Assembly (NCBI GenBank): GCA_000995125.1
Contig: LBXA01000002.1
Location: 1 to 53,034 of the forward strand
Length of the DNA stretch: 53,034 nucleotides
Source: Candidatus Moranbacteria bacterium GW2011_GWA2_39_41
GTDB taxonomy: Bacteria > Patescibacteriota > Minisyncoccia > Moranbacterales > UBA2206
Direction of reading: 5' to 3'
The translations under genes were made by a program, and so were the position numbers. The notes under the pieces are model-generated. The model was not told where the DNA came from and ran no database searches. It saw only the letters and a list, made by a program, of their open reading frames with translations. Below are positions 10,105 to 20,424 of this stretch, one piece after another. Every line of letters begins with the position of its first letter. The stretch's first letter is position 1.

Positions 10105-10620
10105 ATGAAAATAAAAAAGTTAGCCGGCATATCGCTTATAGAAACAATCCTGTATTTGGCAATTGCAGTTGTTATTTTGGGCGTGCTTTTTTCCTATGGT
10201 TGGAATGTAATTGGTATGAATATTAAGGCACAGGTCGCTCAGGAAATTGAACAGTCAGCTCAATTGATTGGAGAGCGTCTGACCTATGAAATTCGCAATG
10301 CAGATAGCGTGGATATTGCCAATTCAAATTTTGGAGATTCAGCTAAGTTAGTTTTATTAAAAATAAATGAGGATACGGTGACCATCGAAAAATCTGGAGA
10401 TCAAATTGCAATTAAGCGTGGCGCAGGCGATTCGCTTGCTTTGAACTCGCAAGACGTCAAGATTAAAAATTTTATTTTGACGCAACAGGTTTCTGATACG
10501 AATGAAATACAATTTGTGGGTTTTTCTTTTGAGACAGTGGCAAATTATCCCGGATCTTTGGAGCGGAGCGAATATCAATATGCATTAAATTATCGCTCTG
10601 GCGTAGCGTTACGCAAATGA
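10105..10620 (+). CDS. Minor pilin (PilW-like)
   Basis: AG|ISLIETILYLAI. Confidence 0.8.
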   Translation: MKIKKLAGISLIETILYLAIAVVILGVLFSYGWNVIGMNIKAQVAQEIEQSAQLIGERLTYEIRNADSVDIANSNFGDSAKLVLLKINEDTVTIEKSGDQIAIKRGAGDSLALNSQDVKIKNFILTQQVSDTNEIQFVGFSFETVANYPGSLERSEYQYALNYRSGVALRK

Positions 10621-10684
10621 TTTCAGTATAATTAGTAGGAAAATAATGCTTCAGGAGCTAATCTTCCAATAACTTTCACCGAAA

Positions 10685-11059
10685 ATGAAAACAAAAGGAT
10701 ATGTAACTATTTTAGCTGTGCTGGTGCTTTTGGCAGTGACTAGTGGAATTGCCACAACTTTGATATTTTCTTCGACTGATGCCGTGGAGTCGCGGGAATC
10801 TTTACGTCAAGGCAGTCAAGCCCTGCTTTTTTCAGAAGCTTGCTTGGAAGAAGGACTTTTACAGATTATAAAAGACCCGACTTATAGTAGTGAAACTTTC
10901 ACTATGCCACAAGGCGACTGTGAAATAGCAGTTGAAAACAATAGCGGAATTTACATCATCCATGCCACAGGCAAGAATGCTAAGTTTGAAAAAAGCGTAA
11001 TCGCGCAGGTAAATTTGGATGCGGAAAAATTAATAGTACTAAGTTGGAGAGAGGAGTAA
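10685..11059 (+). CDS. Minor pilin (PilX/GspK-like, lacks E5)
   Basis: KG|YVTILAVLVLL without E+5; last gene of the pilin run. Confidence 0.7.
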   Translation: MKTKGYVTILAVLVLLAVTSGIATTLIFSSTDAVESRESLRQGSQALLFSEACLEEGLLQIIKDPTYSSETFTMPQGDCEIAVENNSGIYIIHATGKNAKFEKSVIAQVNLDAEKLIVLSWREE

Positions 11060-11060
11060 A

Positions 11061-11108
11061 AAATGTTAAAATGCTAATAGGTTAATATGTTAACGTGTAA
11101 ATATGCTG
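11061..11108. repeat. 8-mer tandem array (ATATGYTA-like) x6
   Basis: AAATGTTA AAATGCTA ATAGGTTA ATATGTTA ACGTGTAA ATATGCTG; last unit contains the next ATG. Confidence 0.75.
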
Positions 11109-12077
11109 TTCTCACATAAGCGGACAATTCTCTTTATTAATAAAGAAAAGATTCAATGGGTGGCGGGGCAAGTTCCCAAAGGAAAACTTCTGGGCGAAGT
11201 GCAATCTTTGCCGTGGTCAGAAGAAAATTTCATTGTTGCATTAGATGAAATTTTCAACAAATTTCCAAAAAAATTGCGAATTGTGATTGGCGAGGAATTT
11301 TCCTATGTAACTCACTTTCAAAAAAATGATAAAAAAACTTCAATAGTTAGCGAAGCGCAAGCTTTTATCCCAGAAAAATTGCAGGATGGTTGGGATAGTT
11401 GCGAAGAAAAAACTGGTGATATACAAATAATGGCAGTTCAGCAAAAAATCTTCACAATGCTAAAGAAGGAAATTTATCATAGGAGTTTGCAAGTAGAAGC
11501 ATTGGAAATTGAATCAGTCTCCATTGCTCGGATGCTGCATGAGGAAAAAAATAAATGCTATATTTTTGCTAGAAATAGCGGAAGAATTATTTTAGGCATA
11601 GTGCAAGATGGCGAGATATTGGCTTCGAGAATTTTTTCTAAACTTCCAGATCAGGAATATGTGAAAAAACTTGTGGATTATATCGCAAGGCCGAAGGATG
11701 TTCCTATTGAGCAAGTATTTATCCAAGATAAAACCGGCAAGTTGTCCGTAATGCTTAAGAGTCTCGGCTTTAAGGTGCTGGATGGAGAATTGGATCCTAT
11801 GATTGGAATTTGTCGTAAACTTGATTTGACCGGTCGCGACAAGGATGTATTAAATATTCCGCTGAATCAATCAAATGGGGCGGGAAACAACAATGGGGAA
11901 AATAATGGGAGTATGAATTTGAGAGAAAAAATTTTGCTGATTATTTTTCTGTTAAGCGTAGTTGGCGGCTCAGCATTCGTGTATTATACTAAGAAAATTA
12001 AACCAGGCGTTGTGAAAATCGCTCCATCATTCCAGAACATTGAAAGTGATCCAACAGGGTTAAGGTGGGGGAAATAG
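11103..12077 (+). CDS. Hypothetical protein, possible PilM/GspL-like alignment protein with C-terminal TM
   Basis: Position after the minor pilins; EALEIESVSIAR resembles a PilM motif; one TM near the C-terminus. Confidence 0.55.
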   Translation: MLFSHKRTILFINKEKIQWVAGQVPKGKLLGEVQSLPWSEENFIVALDEIFNKFPKKLRIVIGEEFSYVTHFQKNDKKTSIVSEAQAFIPEKLQDGWDSCEEKTGDIQIMAVQQKIFTMLKKEIYHRSLQVEALEIESVSIARMLHEEKNKCYIFARNSGRIILGIVQDGEILASRIFSKLPDQEYVKKLVDYIARPKDVPIEQVFIQDKTGKLSVMLKSLGFKVLDGELDPMIGICRKLDLTGRDKDVLNIPLNQSNGAGNNNGENNGSMNLREKILLIIFLLSVVGGSAFVYYTKKIKPGVVKIAPSFQNIESDPTGLRWGK

Positions 12078-12164
12078 CGATTGTATAAAGACGCGCAATG
12101 TGGTAATGTTGGTGTATAAATCAAGTTAAGTCAATCTTTAATTTTTTTTTAATTAAATATTTAT

Positions 12165-12836
12165 ATGGAAAATAAAATCGTAGAAGAAGGTTGTGGAATA
12201 ATTAAACTTGAAGCCGAAGTTGTTTTGGACTGTTTAGAATGGGATATCCTTATTCTTGATAGGAATTTTAAGGTTATTTTTGCCAACAAGGCTTTTTTGG
12301 ATAAGGCTGGGATGAACAAATGTGATGCAGTCAGTAGCTTTTGCTATAAAATAACTCATCATTTGAATCAGCCATGTCAACCACCACATGATACTTGTCC
12401 GTTGGAAGAAATGCTCCGAACTGGCAAGCCAGCTATTGAAACACACATACACTTTAGGAAAAATAATGATAAGTTTCTAGCTAACACAGTCGTGGCTCCA
12501 ATTGCTGGACTCAGTTCAGATAAATTTTTGGCCAACACAGTAGTGGCCCCGATGAAAGGATTTAGTTCGGATATTTTCTTGCATGTTTCAATGTTGGTGA
12601 AAGATTCTAATAAGGCGAAAGAAGAAATGGAGAATGCGTTGAATAAAACTATGTATATTTTGGATGTTATAAATACTTATCAACGACAAATGGATGAATT
12701 GAAAGCGGCTAGGATTGATTTGGAATCAAAGATTAATGAGTTGGAAGAATTCAATAAGTTGGCCGTAGGCAGAGAAATGAAAATGATGGAACTCAAAGAA
12801 AGAATAAAAGAACTGGAGAAAGAGAACAATGCCTAA
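12165..12836 (+). CDS. PAS-domain protein with C-terminal coiled coil
   Basis: ILILDRNFKVIFANKAF PAS start; CYKITH...C..P...CP; VGREMKMMELK coil. Confidence 0.8.
   Translation: MENKIVEEGCGIIKLEAEVVLDCLEWDILILDRNFKVIFANKAFLDKAGMNKCDAVSSFCYKITHHLNQPCQPPHDTCPLEEMLRTGKPAIETHIHFRKNNDKFLANTVVAPIAGLSSDKFLANTVVAPMKGFSSDIFLHVSMLVKDSNKAKEEMENALNKTMYILDVINTYQRQMDELKAARIDLESKINELEEFNKLAVGREMKMMELKERIKELEKENNA
12468..12569 (+). repeat. 51-bp in-frame tandem duplication
   Basis: DKFLANTVVAPIAGLSS / DKFLANTVVAPMKGFSS. Confidence 0.9.
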
Positions 12837-12853
12837 ATAATTAACAAAACAAG

Positions 12854-13246
12854 ATGGTGAAAAAAACAATTTTAGTGGTGGAAGATGAGTTGGAAATTCA
12901 GAAATTCATCATAAAAAAACTTGAGGACGGATGTTTTTCAGTTGTGGCAGTTAAGACGGTAGATGAGGCACTGGATGTTTTGAGTGAAAATAAAATTGAT
13001 GCTTTGTGGCTGGATCATTATTTGTTTGGCGAAAAAAGTGGCTTTGATTTGGTGGTTGAATTGAAGTCCAACGAAAAATTATGGGGAAAGATTCCTGTAT
13101 TTGTAGTTTCCAATACTGCAGGGCCAGATGATATTCAGTCCTATCTTGAGCTTGGCATAACTAAATATTTTGTAAAATCGAATGCTACTCTAGGTCAAAT
13201 AGTGGATGAGTTGAAAATGTATTTTGAGGGTAATGCAGTAACTTAG
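12854..13246 (+). CDS. Single-domain response regulator
   Basis: ILVVEDE, LWLD, VVSN, YFVK. Confidence 0.88.
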   Translation: MVKKTILVVEDELEIQKFIIKKLEDGCFSVVAVKTVDEALDVLSENKIDALWLDHYLFGEKSGFDLVVELKSNEKLWGKIPVFVVSNTAGPDDIQSYLELGITKYFVKSNATLGQIVDELKMYFEGNAVT

Positions 13247-13256
13247 TGTAGAAAAA

Positions 13257-13292
13257 ACAAAAAAGCTGCCAAAAATCGGCAGCTTTTTTTGT
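13257..13292. terminator. Bidirectional intrinsic terminator
   Basis: AAAAAAGCTGCC-N7-GGCAGCTTTTTTT between convergent genes. Confidence 0.85.
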
Positions 13293-13306
13293 ATCTCAAT
13301 TTTAGC

Positions 13307-15370
13307 TTAGACTTCGATAACAACCGGAAGTACCATAGGTCTTCTTTGTGTTTTAGTATATAGATAAGATCCGACGGTTTCACGAATGTTGTTTTTGACA
13401 TAGTCCCAATTGATGGAAGTGTCAGGTGAAGTTTTCTTGGCTACAATTTCTTCCACTTTCTTTTTGGTGGCATTTACTAGATCAAAGTTTTCTTTGACAA
13501 AGATGAATCCGCGGGAAGTGATTTGTGGTTTGCCGATGAGTTTCTTGGTTTTGCTGTCGATGATGACAGTGATGACAAACATCCCGTCTTCAGCTAGCAT
13601 TTGGCGATCACGCAAGACCACTTGTCCAACGTCACCCACACCAAGCCCATCTACCATGATATAGCTGGTATCAACTTTGCCAGGTAGTAGCACAGCTTTG
13701 TTTTTTTCGATTTCTAGCACGTTGCCATTATCAAGGACAATAACTTGTTCATTTCTAAATCCAGTTCTAATTGCTAATTTCTCAGCCTCTTTCAACATGT
13801 AATGATTGCCATAAACTGGTAGAAAGAAATCAGGCTGAACTTGTTTCAACATATCTTGGATATCAAACGAACTGCAGTGACCACTGATATGTACATCTAA
13901 GATGTCAGAGTGAATCACATTATCGCACTTACGATAAAGATTATCCTTGAGGCGCTGTACAGTTCTCTCATTGCCCGGAACAACAGAAGAAGAGAAGACT
14001 ATGGTATCTTTCTTTTCAATTTGAATGCTACGATGTTCTCCGTTTACAATGCGTGAAAGAACAGCATTGCCCTCGCCTTGTGCTCCAGTGCAAATTACAA
14101 TAATTTTATTAGCTGGGTAGTTTTGAATATTAGTTACGGGAATCAAGGTATCTTTATGCATTTTGATGTAGCCTAGTTCCTTGGCAATTTCGACATTCAT
14201 TTTCATGCTATAGCCGTCCAGTGCCACTCGCTTACCAATCTTTTCAGCATATTCTAGGATATGGCCAATGCGATTGATTTGTGAGGAAAACATTCCAATA
14301 ATAATTTTTCCTGGAGCTTCACTGATCAATTTTTCCAAATTGGCATACATTTCTTCTTCAGTTGTGCGGCTTGGATTTGTATTTATTGCGCCTAAACTTT
14401 CCAGCATCAAAATACGTGGACTAGGAAGTTTCGCCAACTCAGTGTAGGTCACAAGTGATTTGCCAGTAGCATCTTTTTCCATCGTCCAGTCTCCTGGGTG
14501 AATGATTGTGCCATGCGGGGTTTTGATGACTACACCCACGGCATCCATAATGGAATGCTCTATTTCAAAAAATTCTATTTCTAATTTACCAAGGCGTACT
14601 TTGTCGCTGGCCGATTTAACACGAATCGTTTTCATATTTTCCGCTGATCCTTGTTCAAAATCTTCCATTTTTTTCTTTACCAATGCCAAGGTCATATCGC
14701 GAGCTACGACAACTGGATAACCCAATTCTTTCAAGAGGATTGGGGCGGCACCGATATGATCAAGATGTCCATGACTGAGGACTACTCCGCGTATTTGTTT
14801 TTCCTTGCCCTTGAGATAATCAATGTTTGGAACGATATAATCTATTCCAGGCATATCTTCTTCTGGAAACATCATGCCCATATCAAGAATCACAATGTCG
14901 CCATCATATTCAAAGACGGTCATGTTGCGTCCGACTTCTTCATTGCCTCCGAGGGGGATGATGCGCAAATTATTTTTGGGTTGTAATTTCAATGTGTCAA
15001 TTCTGGGAGCATAGGTTGGTTTTGAACTAGTGCTACGACGTGAGGCTTTAGCTTTGTTTTGTGTTGGTTTTTTGGCAACATTATCATATACAGCCAATTT
15101 CTTGGGTGCGGCGTGATAGGCTACAATCGGTGTAGCAACTTTTTCAGTCTCAATTTTCAAGTGAGTTGTTGTTTTTGGTTTGTTAGCCGCGTACACCGGA
15201 TGTATTTTGGCTGGTTGTGTCGGAGCAGAAGCAACAAAATTGTTGTTGCGCATCGACATTGATTTATTAACTGCGGGTCTAGCCTGAAAAGGCTTTGCTG
15301 GGGTTCTGACGAACCTTGGCGGAGTGCTGACGTTTTGCTTGCCACGAGACAAGTCCATACTTTTTAACAT
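13307..15370 (-). CDS. rnj: Ribonuclease J with long N-terminal extension
   Basis: IIPLGGNEEVGRNM, SHGHLDHIG, GAQGE, HISGH, RRPMVLPVVIEV. Confidence 0.95.
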   Translation of the reverse strand: MLKSMDLSRGKQNVSTPPRFVRTPAKPFQARPAVNKSMSMRNNNFVASAPTQPAKIHPVYAANKPKTTTHLKIETEKVATPIVAYHAAPKKLAVYDNVAKKPTQNKAKASRRSTSSKPTYAPRIDTLKLQPKNNLRIIPLGGNEEVGRNMTVFEYDGDIVILDMGMMFPEEDMPGIDYIVPNIDYLKGKEKQIRGVVLSHGHLDHIGAAPILLKELGYPVVVARDMTLALVKKKMEDFEQGSAENMKTIRVKSASDKVRLGKLEIEFFEIEHSIMDAVGVVIKTPHGTIIHPGDWTMEKDATGKSLVTYTELAKLPSPRILMLESLGAINTNPSRTTEEEMYANLEKLISEAPGKIIIGMFSSQINRIGHILEYAEKIGKRVALDGYSMKMNVEIAKELGYIKMHKDTLIPVTNIQNYPANKIIVICTGAQGEGNAVLSRIVNGEHRSIQIEKKDTIVFSSSVVPGNERTVQRLKDNLYRKCDNVIHSDILDVHISGHCSSFDIQDMLKQVQPDFFLPVYGNHYMLKEAEKLAIRTGFRNEQVIVLDNGNVLEIEKNKAVLLPGKVDTSYIMVDGLGVGDVGQVVLRDRQMLAEDGMFVITVIIDSKTKKLIGKPQITSRGFIFVKENFDLVNATKKKVEEIVAKKTSPDTSINWDYVKNNIRETVGSYLYTKTQRRPMVLPVVIEV

Positions 15371-15629
15371 AGTTTTTTGTAGATCTGCTTGTAAAATTAT
15401 AAATACAAAGAAAACAGATCTTTTTTAAAGTTGTTAGGTTTTAATATAAAAAAGAGTGTGATATTAAGGCTCTGTAATAAAATAAGTTGTGCAAGTTATT
15501 TCATGACAGAGTCTAACAGCAAGAAGTGGGGTGCTGTATCAGTTTCCTATTGAAAGACAATGACGCCAAAATGGTATCACTGATTTCAAACAAGAAGACT
15601 TAAACTCTAAGAAGTATTATTATAAATTA

Positions 15630-15658
15630 ATAATACACTAATTATTCTATAAAGTCAA
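15630..15658 (-). promoter_or_regulatory. Sigma70-like promoter for rnj
   Basis: TTGACT-N17-TATTAT on the minus strand. Confidence 0.5.
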
Positions 15659-15693
15659 CCCCAAGTTTGGTGGAGTGGGTGTGGATAAGTTTT

Positions 15694-16179
15694 TTAGCTT
15701 AAATATCTTTTATAAATTTTTGTCTGCAAGATAGCTGGCAGCAAATATTTGCGTGCTAGCCATACAAAAATAATCGCAAATCCAACGCTACCAAAAATAT
15801 CCACCGCGTGATGAACACCAGCCAACACGCGAAAAAACCCCACTAAAAATGCCAGTGTCAAAAGCGCTATGCCAACTCTTCGCTTGAAGAAAAAAACAAT
15901 CATTGCCGCTGATGCGCTCAAAAGCGTGTGATCAGATGGAAAGCCGTTGTCTTCGGTGTGCGCGATGAGCGGAACGAAATTGTCCACCACAAATGGCTGC
16001 GGGTCAAAATATAGAAAACTGCCAATTTTAGCTGCGACATAGACTATCGGCAAAGCTAACATCGCCAAAACTAACATTTCTTTTTGCTGTTTTTTGGGTT
16101 GCCATGCAAAATAAATGCCTGCCAAAAAAACAATAACCCAAATTAAACTTTGAGCGCCAAAAATTATTAACTTATCCAT
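15694..16179 (-). CDS. PAP2-family phosphatase (BcrC-like undecaprenyl-PP phosphatase)
   Basis: FPSDH and RVLAGVHHAVDI motifs; hydrophobic. Confidence 0.85.
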   Translation of the reverse strand: MDKLIIFGAQSLIWVIVFLAGIYFAWQPKKQQKEMLVLAMLALPIVYVAAKIGSFLYFDPQPFVVDNFVPLIAHTEDNGFPSDHTLLSASAAMIVFFFKRRVGIALLTLAFLVGFFRVLAGVHHAVDIFGSVGFAIIFVWLARKYLLPAILQTKIYKRYLS

Positions 16180-16240
16180 ATTGTTTTTTTAAAAATAATC
16201 TCCCTTATTTCCTATAGAACCTCTTATATTATAGCACAAC

Positions 16241-16272
16241 AAAAAACGCTAGCACTACGCCAGCGTTTTTTT
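16241..16272 (-). terminator. Intrinsic terminator
   Basis: Minus strand CGCTGGC-N5-GCTAGCG-TTTTTT. Confidence 0.7.
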
Positions 16273-16304
16273 GATTGTCTGCAAACTGCAACCTACAATT
16301 TATT

Positions 16305-17366
16305 CTAATTCTCACAACTAGCCGCACTCGCGCCAGCTGTTGCTGTGCCTTCGCCAAATCCGGCTGCCGGAGCAGTGACTGACAATTTAGCCTCACATTC
16401 TTTCGGCGCATTATTGAAAGCTCCGCAAATGGCTTTCAAAATACTAGCTGAATCTCGTCCAGATTGCGCAGTTACACCATTCACAACTAATGTTGGTGAA
16501 CCTTGCACGCCATATTTGACATTATCAGTCTTGTCCACGCCAAATGGAGGGAATTGTCCATTGCTCCATTTGCTTTTGTCGACTGCATCTTTCTTCACAT
16601 TAAATTGTGTATCAGTTTGTGCTACACAAGATTTGATAGCTCCAGTAGAAACTCTAGCAAAAGTCATGCAAGCGTCAGCTGTACCTTCGCCTTTTTTCAG
16701 AAAACAAGTTAAATAGGCTGACAATCGAGCGGGTTGATTCTTTTGGATGCAATATTGGCGTAAATTCTCATCAATTTCTTTGTCACCATGCATTGCATAA
16801 TCTACGAATTTCAATTTATAGTCAATCTTGCTACCTAATGTTGTAATCACCGGCAAAATTCCTTTTTCCATCTGAGTTCCATATGGGCAATAACTCATCA
16901 CAAAAAGCTCTACACTTGGCTTATCGGTTTTCGGGATTTCTTTGGCTTCAGCTACAGGTGCATCTGTGGCAAGTTTGTCAGCCGGATTTATCTCCATCGC
17001 TTGTGGGAAAAATTTTGCGCCATCAGTCGTGATGTAGGTTGGAATTTCTTGTTCACCAACTTTGATAGTCACGCGATACAAGCCATTTTCCAAAACTGAG
17101 TCCTTAAATTCTGCAGTCATGCCAGGTTGCAACAATGTTCCATTCACAAATTCCAAAACCTTAGTTTTCGCTCCTTCCAAACCAATGTCAGTTTTTTTGG
17201 TTTTATAATAGTATCCACCTGCTCCCAACAAAATTGCTAGCAAAACTACGCCAGCGACAATGTGCTTTTTCTTTTTGCCACATTCACAAACTTGTTTGAA
17301 GAATTTCTTTGAAGTAGATTCCGTCACCGGTGCCACCACAGTTTCTTCTGTTTTTATTTCGTCCAT
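16305..17366 (-). CDS. Membrane-anchored thioredoxin-fold (DsbA/DsbC-like) protein
   Basis: TM; DsbC-like N domain (YITTDG); VELFVMSYCPYG; cis-Pro loop GVQGSPTLVVNG. Confidence 0.75.
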   Translation of the reverse strand: MDEIKTEETVVAPVTESTSKKFFKQVCECGKKKKHIVAGVVLLAILLGAGGYYYKTKKTDIGLEGAKTKVLEFVNGTLLQPGMTAEFKDSVLENGLYRVTIKVGEQEIPTYITTDGAKFFPQAMEINPADKLATDAPVAEAKEIPKTDKPSVELFVMSYCPYGTQMEKGILPVITTLGSKIDYKLKFVDYAMHGDKEIDENLRQYCIQKNQPARLSAYLTCFLKKGEGTADACMTFARVSTGAIKSCVAQTDTQFNVKKDAVDKSKWSNGQFPPFGVDKTDNVKYGVQGSPTLVVNGVTAQSGRDSASILKAICGAFNNAPKECEAKLSVTAPAAGFGEGTATAGASAASCEN

Positions 17367-17440
17367 TTATATTATATGGCTATATTGTTAGAACATTATA
17401 TTGTCAGACAATATAACAATGTATCAATATAACAATTTTA
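17367..17440. repeat. 8-mer tandem fold-back (TATATTGT / ACAATATA)
   Basis: Left arm TATATTGT-like units, right arm ACAATATA-like units. Confidence 0.7.
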
Positions 17441-17483
17441 TTTGAATTACCTACCCAGTATACTTGATATTGACTTTTCCGTC

Positions 17484-17523
17484 AAAAAAATAGCGCCAAC
17501 CGCCGCGACGGTCTGGTGCTTTT
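17484..17523 (-). terminator. Intrinsic terminator after uvrB
   Basis: GC-rich stem followed by T7 on the minus strand. Confidence 0.65.
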
Positions 17524-17543
17524 CTATTTTTCAAATACTTTTT

Positions 17544-19631
17544 TTATTTCAATTGTAACTTACGCAATTGCGAAATTTCATCCCGAATAACAGCCGCTTT
17601 TTCAAATTGCAAAGCCTTGGAAGCCACTTTCATTTCTTTTTCTTTTTGTCGAATGTAGCCCTGCACATCTTCCAATGATTCCAATTCCGAAAAGTCTCGT
17701 GTGAATTCTGGCTTGATTTCGTGATCCACAATTGATTCAATGTTTTTCTTGATAGTTTGTGGCGTGATATGATGTTTTTTATTATACGCTGTTTGCACCG
17801 CCCGCCGACGATTGGTTTCATCAATGGCACGCTTTATGGAGCCCGTGATTTTGTCGGCATACAAAATCACTCGCCCAGAAACATTGCGAGCCGCCCGCCC
17901 GATCGTTTGAATGAGAGATGTCTCACTGCGCAAAAAGCCTTCTTTGTCGGCATCCAAAATCGCCACTAGCGAAACTTCTGGCAAATCCAGTCCTTCGCGC
18001 AAAAGATTGACACCCACCAAGACATCAAATTCTCCACGCCGCAAATTTTCCAAAATCCGAATGCGATCCAAGGTGTCCACATCAGAATGCAGATAGTCCG
18101 TCTTGATACCATTTTCTTTCAAAAATTCTGACAAATCCTCCGCCATTTTTTTGGTCAGCGTTGTGATCAAAACTCGCTCCTGCTTGGCCACCACTTTTTC
18201 AATCTCTGGCAAAATATCTTTCACCTGTCCTTTAGCCGGCTTAATAATCACCTCTGGATCTATTAATCCGGTTGGTCTAATTATTTGTTCGATAACACCA
18301 TTCCCAAATTCTATATTTTGTTTGTAATTTGTGATTTGTGATTTGGAGTTTGTTTGTGATTTGTTTTTTGTGATTTGTGATTTTTCCAACTCATACACAC
18401 TCGGTGTTGCCGATGTAAATATAACTTGATTCAATTTTGATTCAAATTCACTAAACTTAAGTGGTCGATTGTCATAGGCACTTGGCAAACGGAAACCATT
18501 GTCCACCAAAGCTGTCTTACGCGAAAAATCTCCATTAAACATCCCGCCAATTTGCGGAATGGTCACATGCGATTCATCTACCACCATCAAAAAGTCTTTG
18601 GGGAAATAGTCAATCAAAGTGTCTGGCGCTTCCCCAGCATTTCTGCCCGTCAAATAGCGTGAATAATTTTCAATCCCGTTGCAATAACCAATTTCACGCA
18701 TCATTTCAATGTCTTGGCGTGTTCGGCGGAGAAGTCTTTCCGCTTCCAAAAGCTTGCCAGCCTTTTTCAACAGCGCCACTTGTTTTTCCAAATCTTTTTC
18801 AATCGAGCTTTGCGCTTCTTGCATAATTGGTTTCGGCACCACAAAATGCTTGGCCGGAAAAATCATCACTTGTTCCAATTTGCCCAGCTCCGCGCCCGTC
18901 AAAAAATCATATTCAAAAATCTTCTTTACCCCGTGAAATTGTGCCCTAGGCACACCGGCTTTGCCTGATTTCACTGGGGTTTCATCAATCATGCCAAGCT
19001 CAATACGTGTCACAACTTCTCTTGCGGGTGACATAATCTCCACCGTCTCACCCGTCATGCGAAATTTGGAACGACCCAACATGTCTGTGCGCAAATATTG
19101 CATCTCAATCAATTCTTTAGAAATTTCTTCCCGCGAAATATTTTGCCCCACTTTGATTTCCATCGCAATGTCACGATAATATTCCGGTGAACCCAAACCA
19201 TAGATACAAGAAACGGACGCCACAATAATCACATCCCTGCGTGACAGCAAAGCCGCGGTGGATGCATGACGCAGCCGATCAATCTCTTCATTGATTTGTG
19301 ATTCTTTTTCAATATAAGTGTCGCTGGATGCAATATAGGCTTCCGGCTGATAGTAGTCATAATAGGACACGAAATATTCCACCGCGTTCTTCGGGAAAAA
19401 AGTGCGAAACTCCTGCGCCAACTGCGCCGCCAAAGTCTTGTTAGGCGCAATGACCAAGGTTGGTTTTTGCACTTGCTCAATCACGTTGGCAATCGTAAAA
19501 GTTTTCCCCGACCCCGTCACGCCCAAAAGTGTCTGGAATTTCTGCCCAGCCTGAAGCCCCGCCACCAATTTTTCAATCGCTTGTGGTTGATCCCCCGCTG
19601 GCTTATATTTAGAATTAATTTTGAATCGCAT
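17544..19631 (-). CDS. uvrB: Excinuclease ABC subunit B
   Basis: [36 protein letters not shown]. Confidence 0.97.
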   Translation of the reverse strand: MRFKINSKYKPAGDQPQAIEKLVAGLQAGQKFQTLLGVTGSGKTFTIANVIEQVQKPTLVIAPNKTLAAQLAQEFRTFFPKNAVEYFVSYYDYYQPEAYIASSDTYIEKESQINEEIDRLRHASTAALLSRRDVIIVASVSCIYGLGSPEYYRDIAMEIKVGQNISREEISKELIEMQYLRTDMLGRSKFRMTGETVEIMSPAREVVTRIELGMIDETPVKSGKAGVPRAQFHGVKKIFEYDFLTGAELGKLEQVMIFPAKHFVVPKPIMQEAQSSIEKDLEKQVALLKKAGKLLEAERLLRRTRQDIEMMREIGYCNGIENYSRYLTGRNAGEAPDTLIDYFPKDFLMVVDESHVTIPQIGGMFNGDFSRKTALVDNGFRLPSAYDNRPLKFSEFESKLNQVIFTSATPSVYELEKSQITKNKSQTNSKSQITNYKQNIEFGNGVIEQIIRPTGLIDPEVIIKPAKGQVKDILPEIEKVVAKQERVLITTLTKKMAEDLSEFLKENGIKTDYLHSDVDTLDRIRILENLRRGEFDVLVGVNLLREGLDLPEVSLVAILDADKEGFLRSETSLIQTIGRAARNVSGRVILYADKITGSIKRAIDETNRRRAVQTAYNKKHHITPQTIKKNIESIVDHEIKPEFTRDFSELESLEDVQGYIRQKEKEMKVASKALQFEKAAVIRDEISQLRKLQLK

Positions 19632-19778
19632 AATATGTTAGATATTAGAGCGTTGTTTACAGTTTTGTAGGATAAAAATATTTCACCTTATCCAATCATA
19701 TCACAATATCAAAACCACAACGATTTTTATGCTACAGCAATAAATTTGTCGAGTTTTAATTGTGCTATAATGAAAGCA

Positions 19779-19991
19779 ATGAAAAAGAAAATAAAAGCTG
19801 AAACACGACCTGCCAGCAATGCCACTCCAAACAAAAAGCATTTCAAATTATTGACTGATATGGATTCTGATGAATTACTAATCAACTACGGAAATAGCGT
19901 GGCAGGCGGGGAATCCAAAAAGAAGCTGAAAATGAAAGTTTCAGGCAAGAGTGTTTTCAAGTTGAAAGAAATTATTATCAAAAAAGCCTAG
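19779..19991 (+). CDS. Small hypothetical basic protein
   Basis: ORF immediately after TGCTATAAT; start uncertain. Confidence 0.55.
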   Translation: MKKKIKAETRPASNATPNKKHFKLLTDMDSDELLINYGNSVAGGESKKKLKMKVSGKSVFKLKEIIIKKA

Positions 19992-20054
19992 CTCAAATGA
20001 ATTGACCAAATCAAGTCAATGTGCTAAGCTACTATAAGTTTTAAATAAAGAAAT

Positions 20055-20417
20055 ATGAAGCTAATACTACGAATTTTAGCCAATTGTGCCGCTATTCTCA
20101 TAGCCGCCAAATACATCCCCGGATTCATTTTTTCCGGTTCTCCAACAGATCTTTTGATTGCTGGAGCGGTGATTGGATTGATTAACGGCCTAATCAGGCC
20201 AATTGTTGAGCTGATTGCTCTACCTGTCATACTTTTGACTCTTGGGCTATTTGACATCATTATTAATGTAGGCTTACTTCTATTGGCGGACAAATTTCTG
20301 ACTCAACTAACAATCAAGGGTTTCTGGCCAGCTTTTTGGGGTGTGGTCATCATCAGTCTAGTCAATCATCTGATCTCACATTTCAGCAAAAAAACTGGAG
20401 ATATAAATAAATATTAA
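20055..20417 (+). CDS. 4-TM membrane protein (YvlD/DUF360, holin superfamily IV-like)
   Basis: INGLIRP...LPVILLTLGLF..IIN...GFWPAFWG. Confidence 0.85.
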   Translation: MKLILRILANCAAILIAAKYIPGFIFSGSPTDLLIAGAVIGLINGLIRPIVELIALPVILLTLGLFDIIINVGLLLLADKFLTQLTIKGFWPAFWGVVIISLVNHLISHFSKKTGDINKY

Positions 20418-20424
20418 AAAACAT

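Noticed and set aside
15680..15688. oriC from a DnaA box
   Set aside because: Single box, no cluster and no dnaA/dnaN; skew appears to revert after about 9 kb.
20055..20417. Prophage inferred from holin-like and lysozyme-like genes
   Set aside because: YvlD-like proteins are ordinary chromosomal genes; no integrase, terminase or structural genes.
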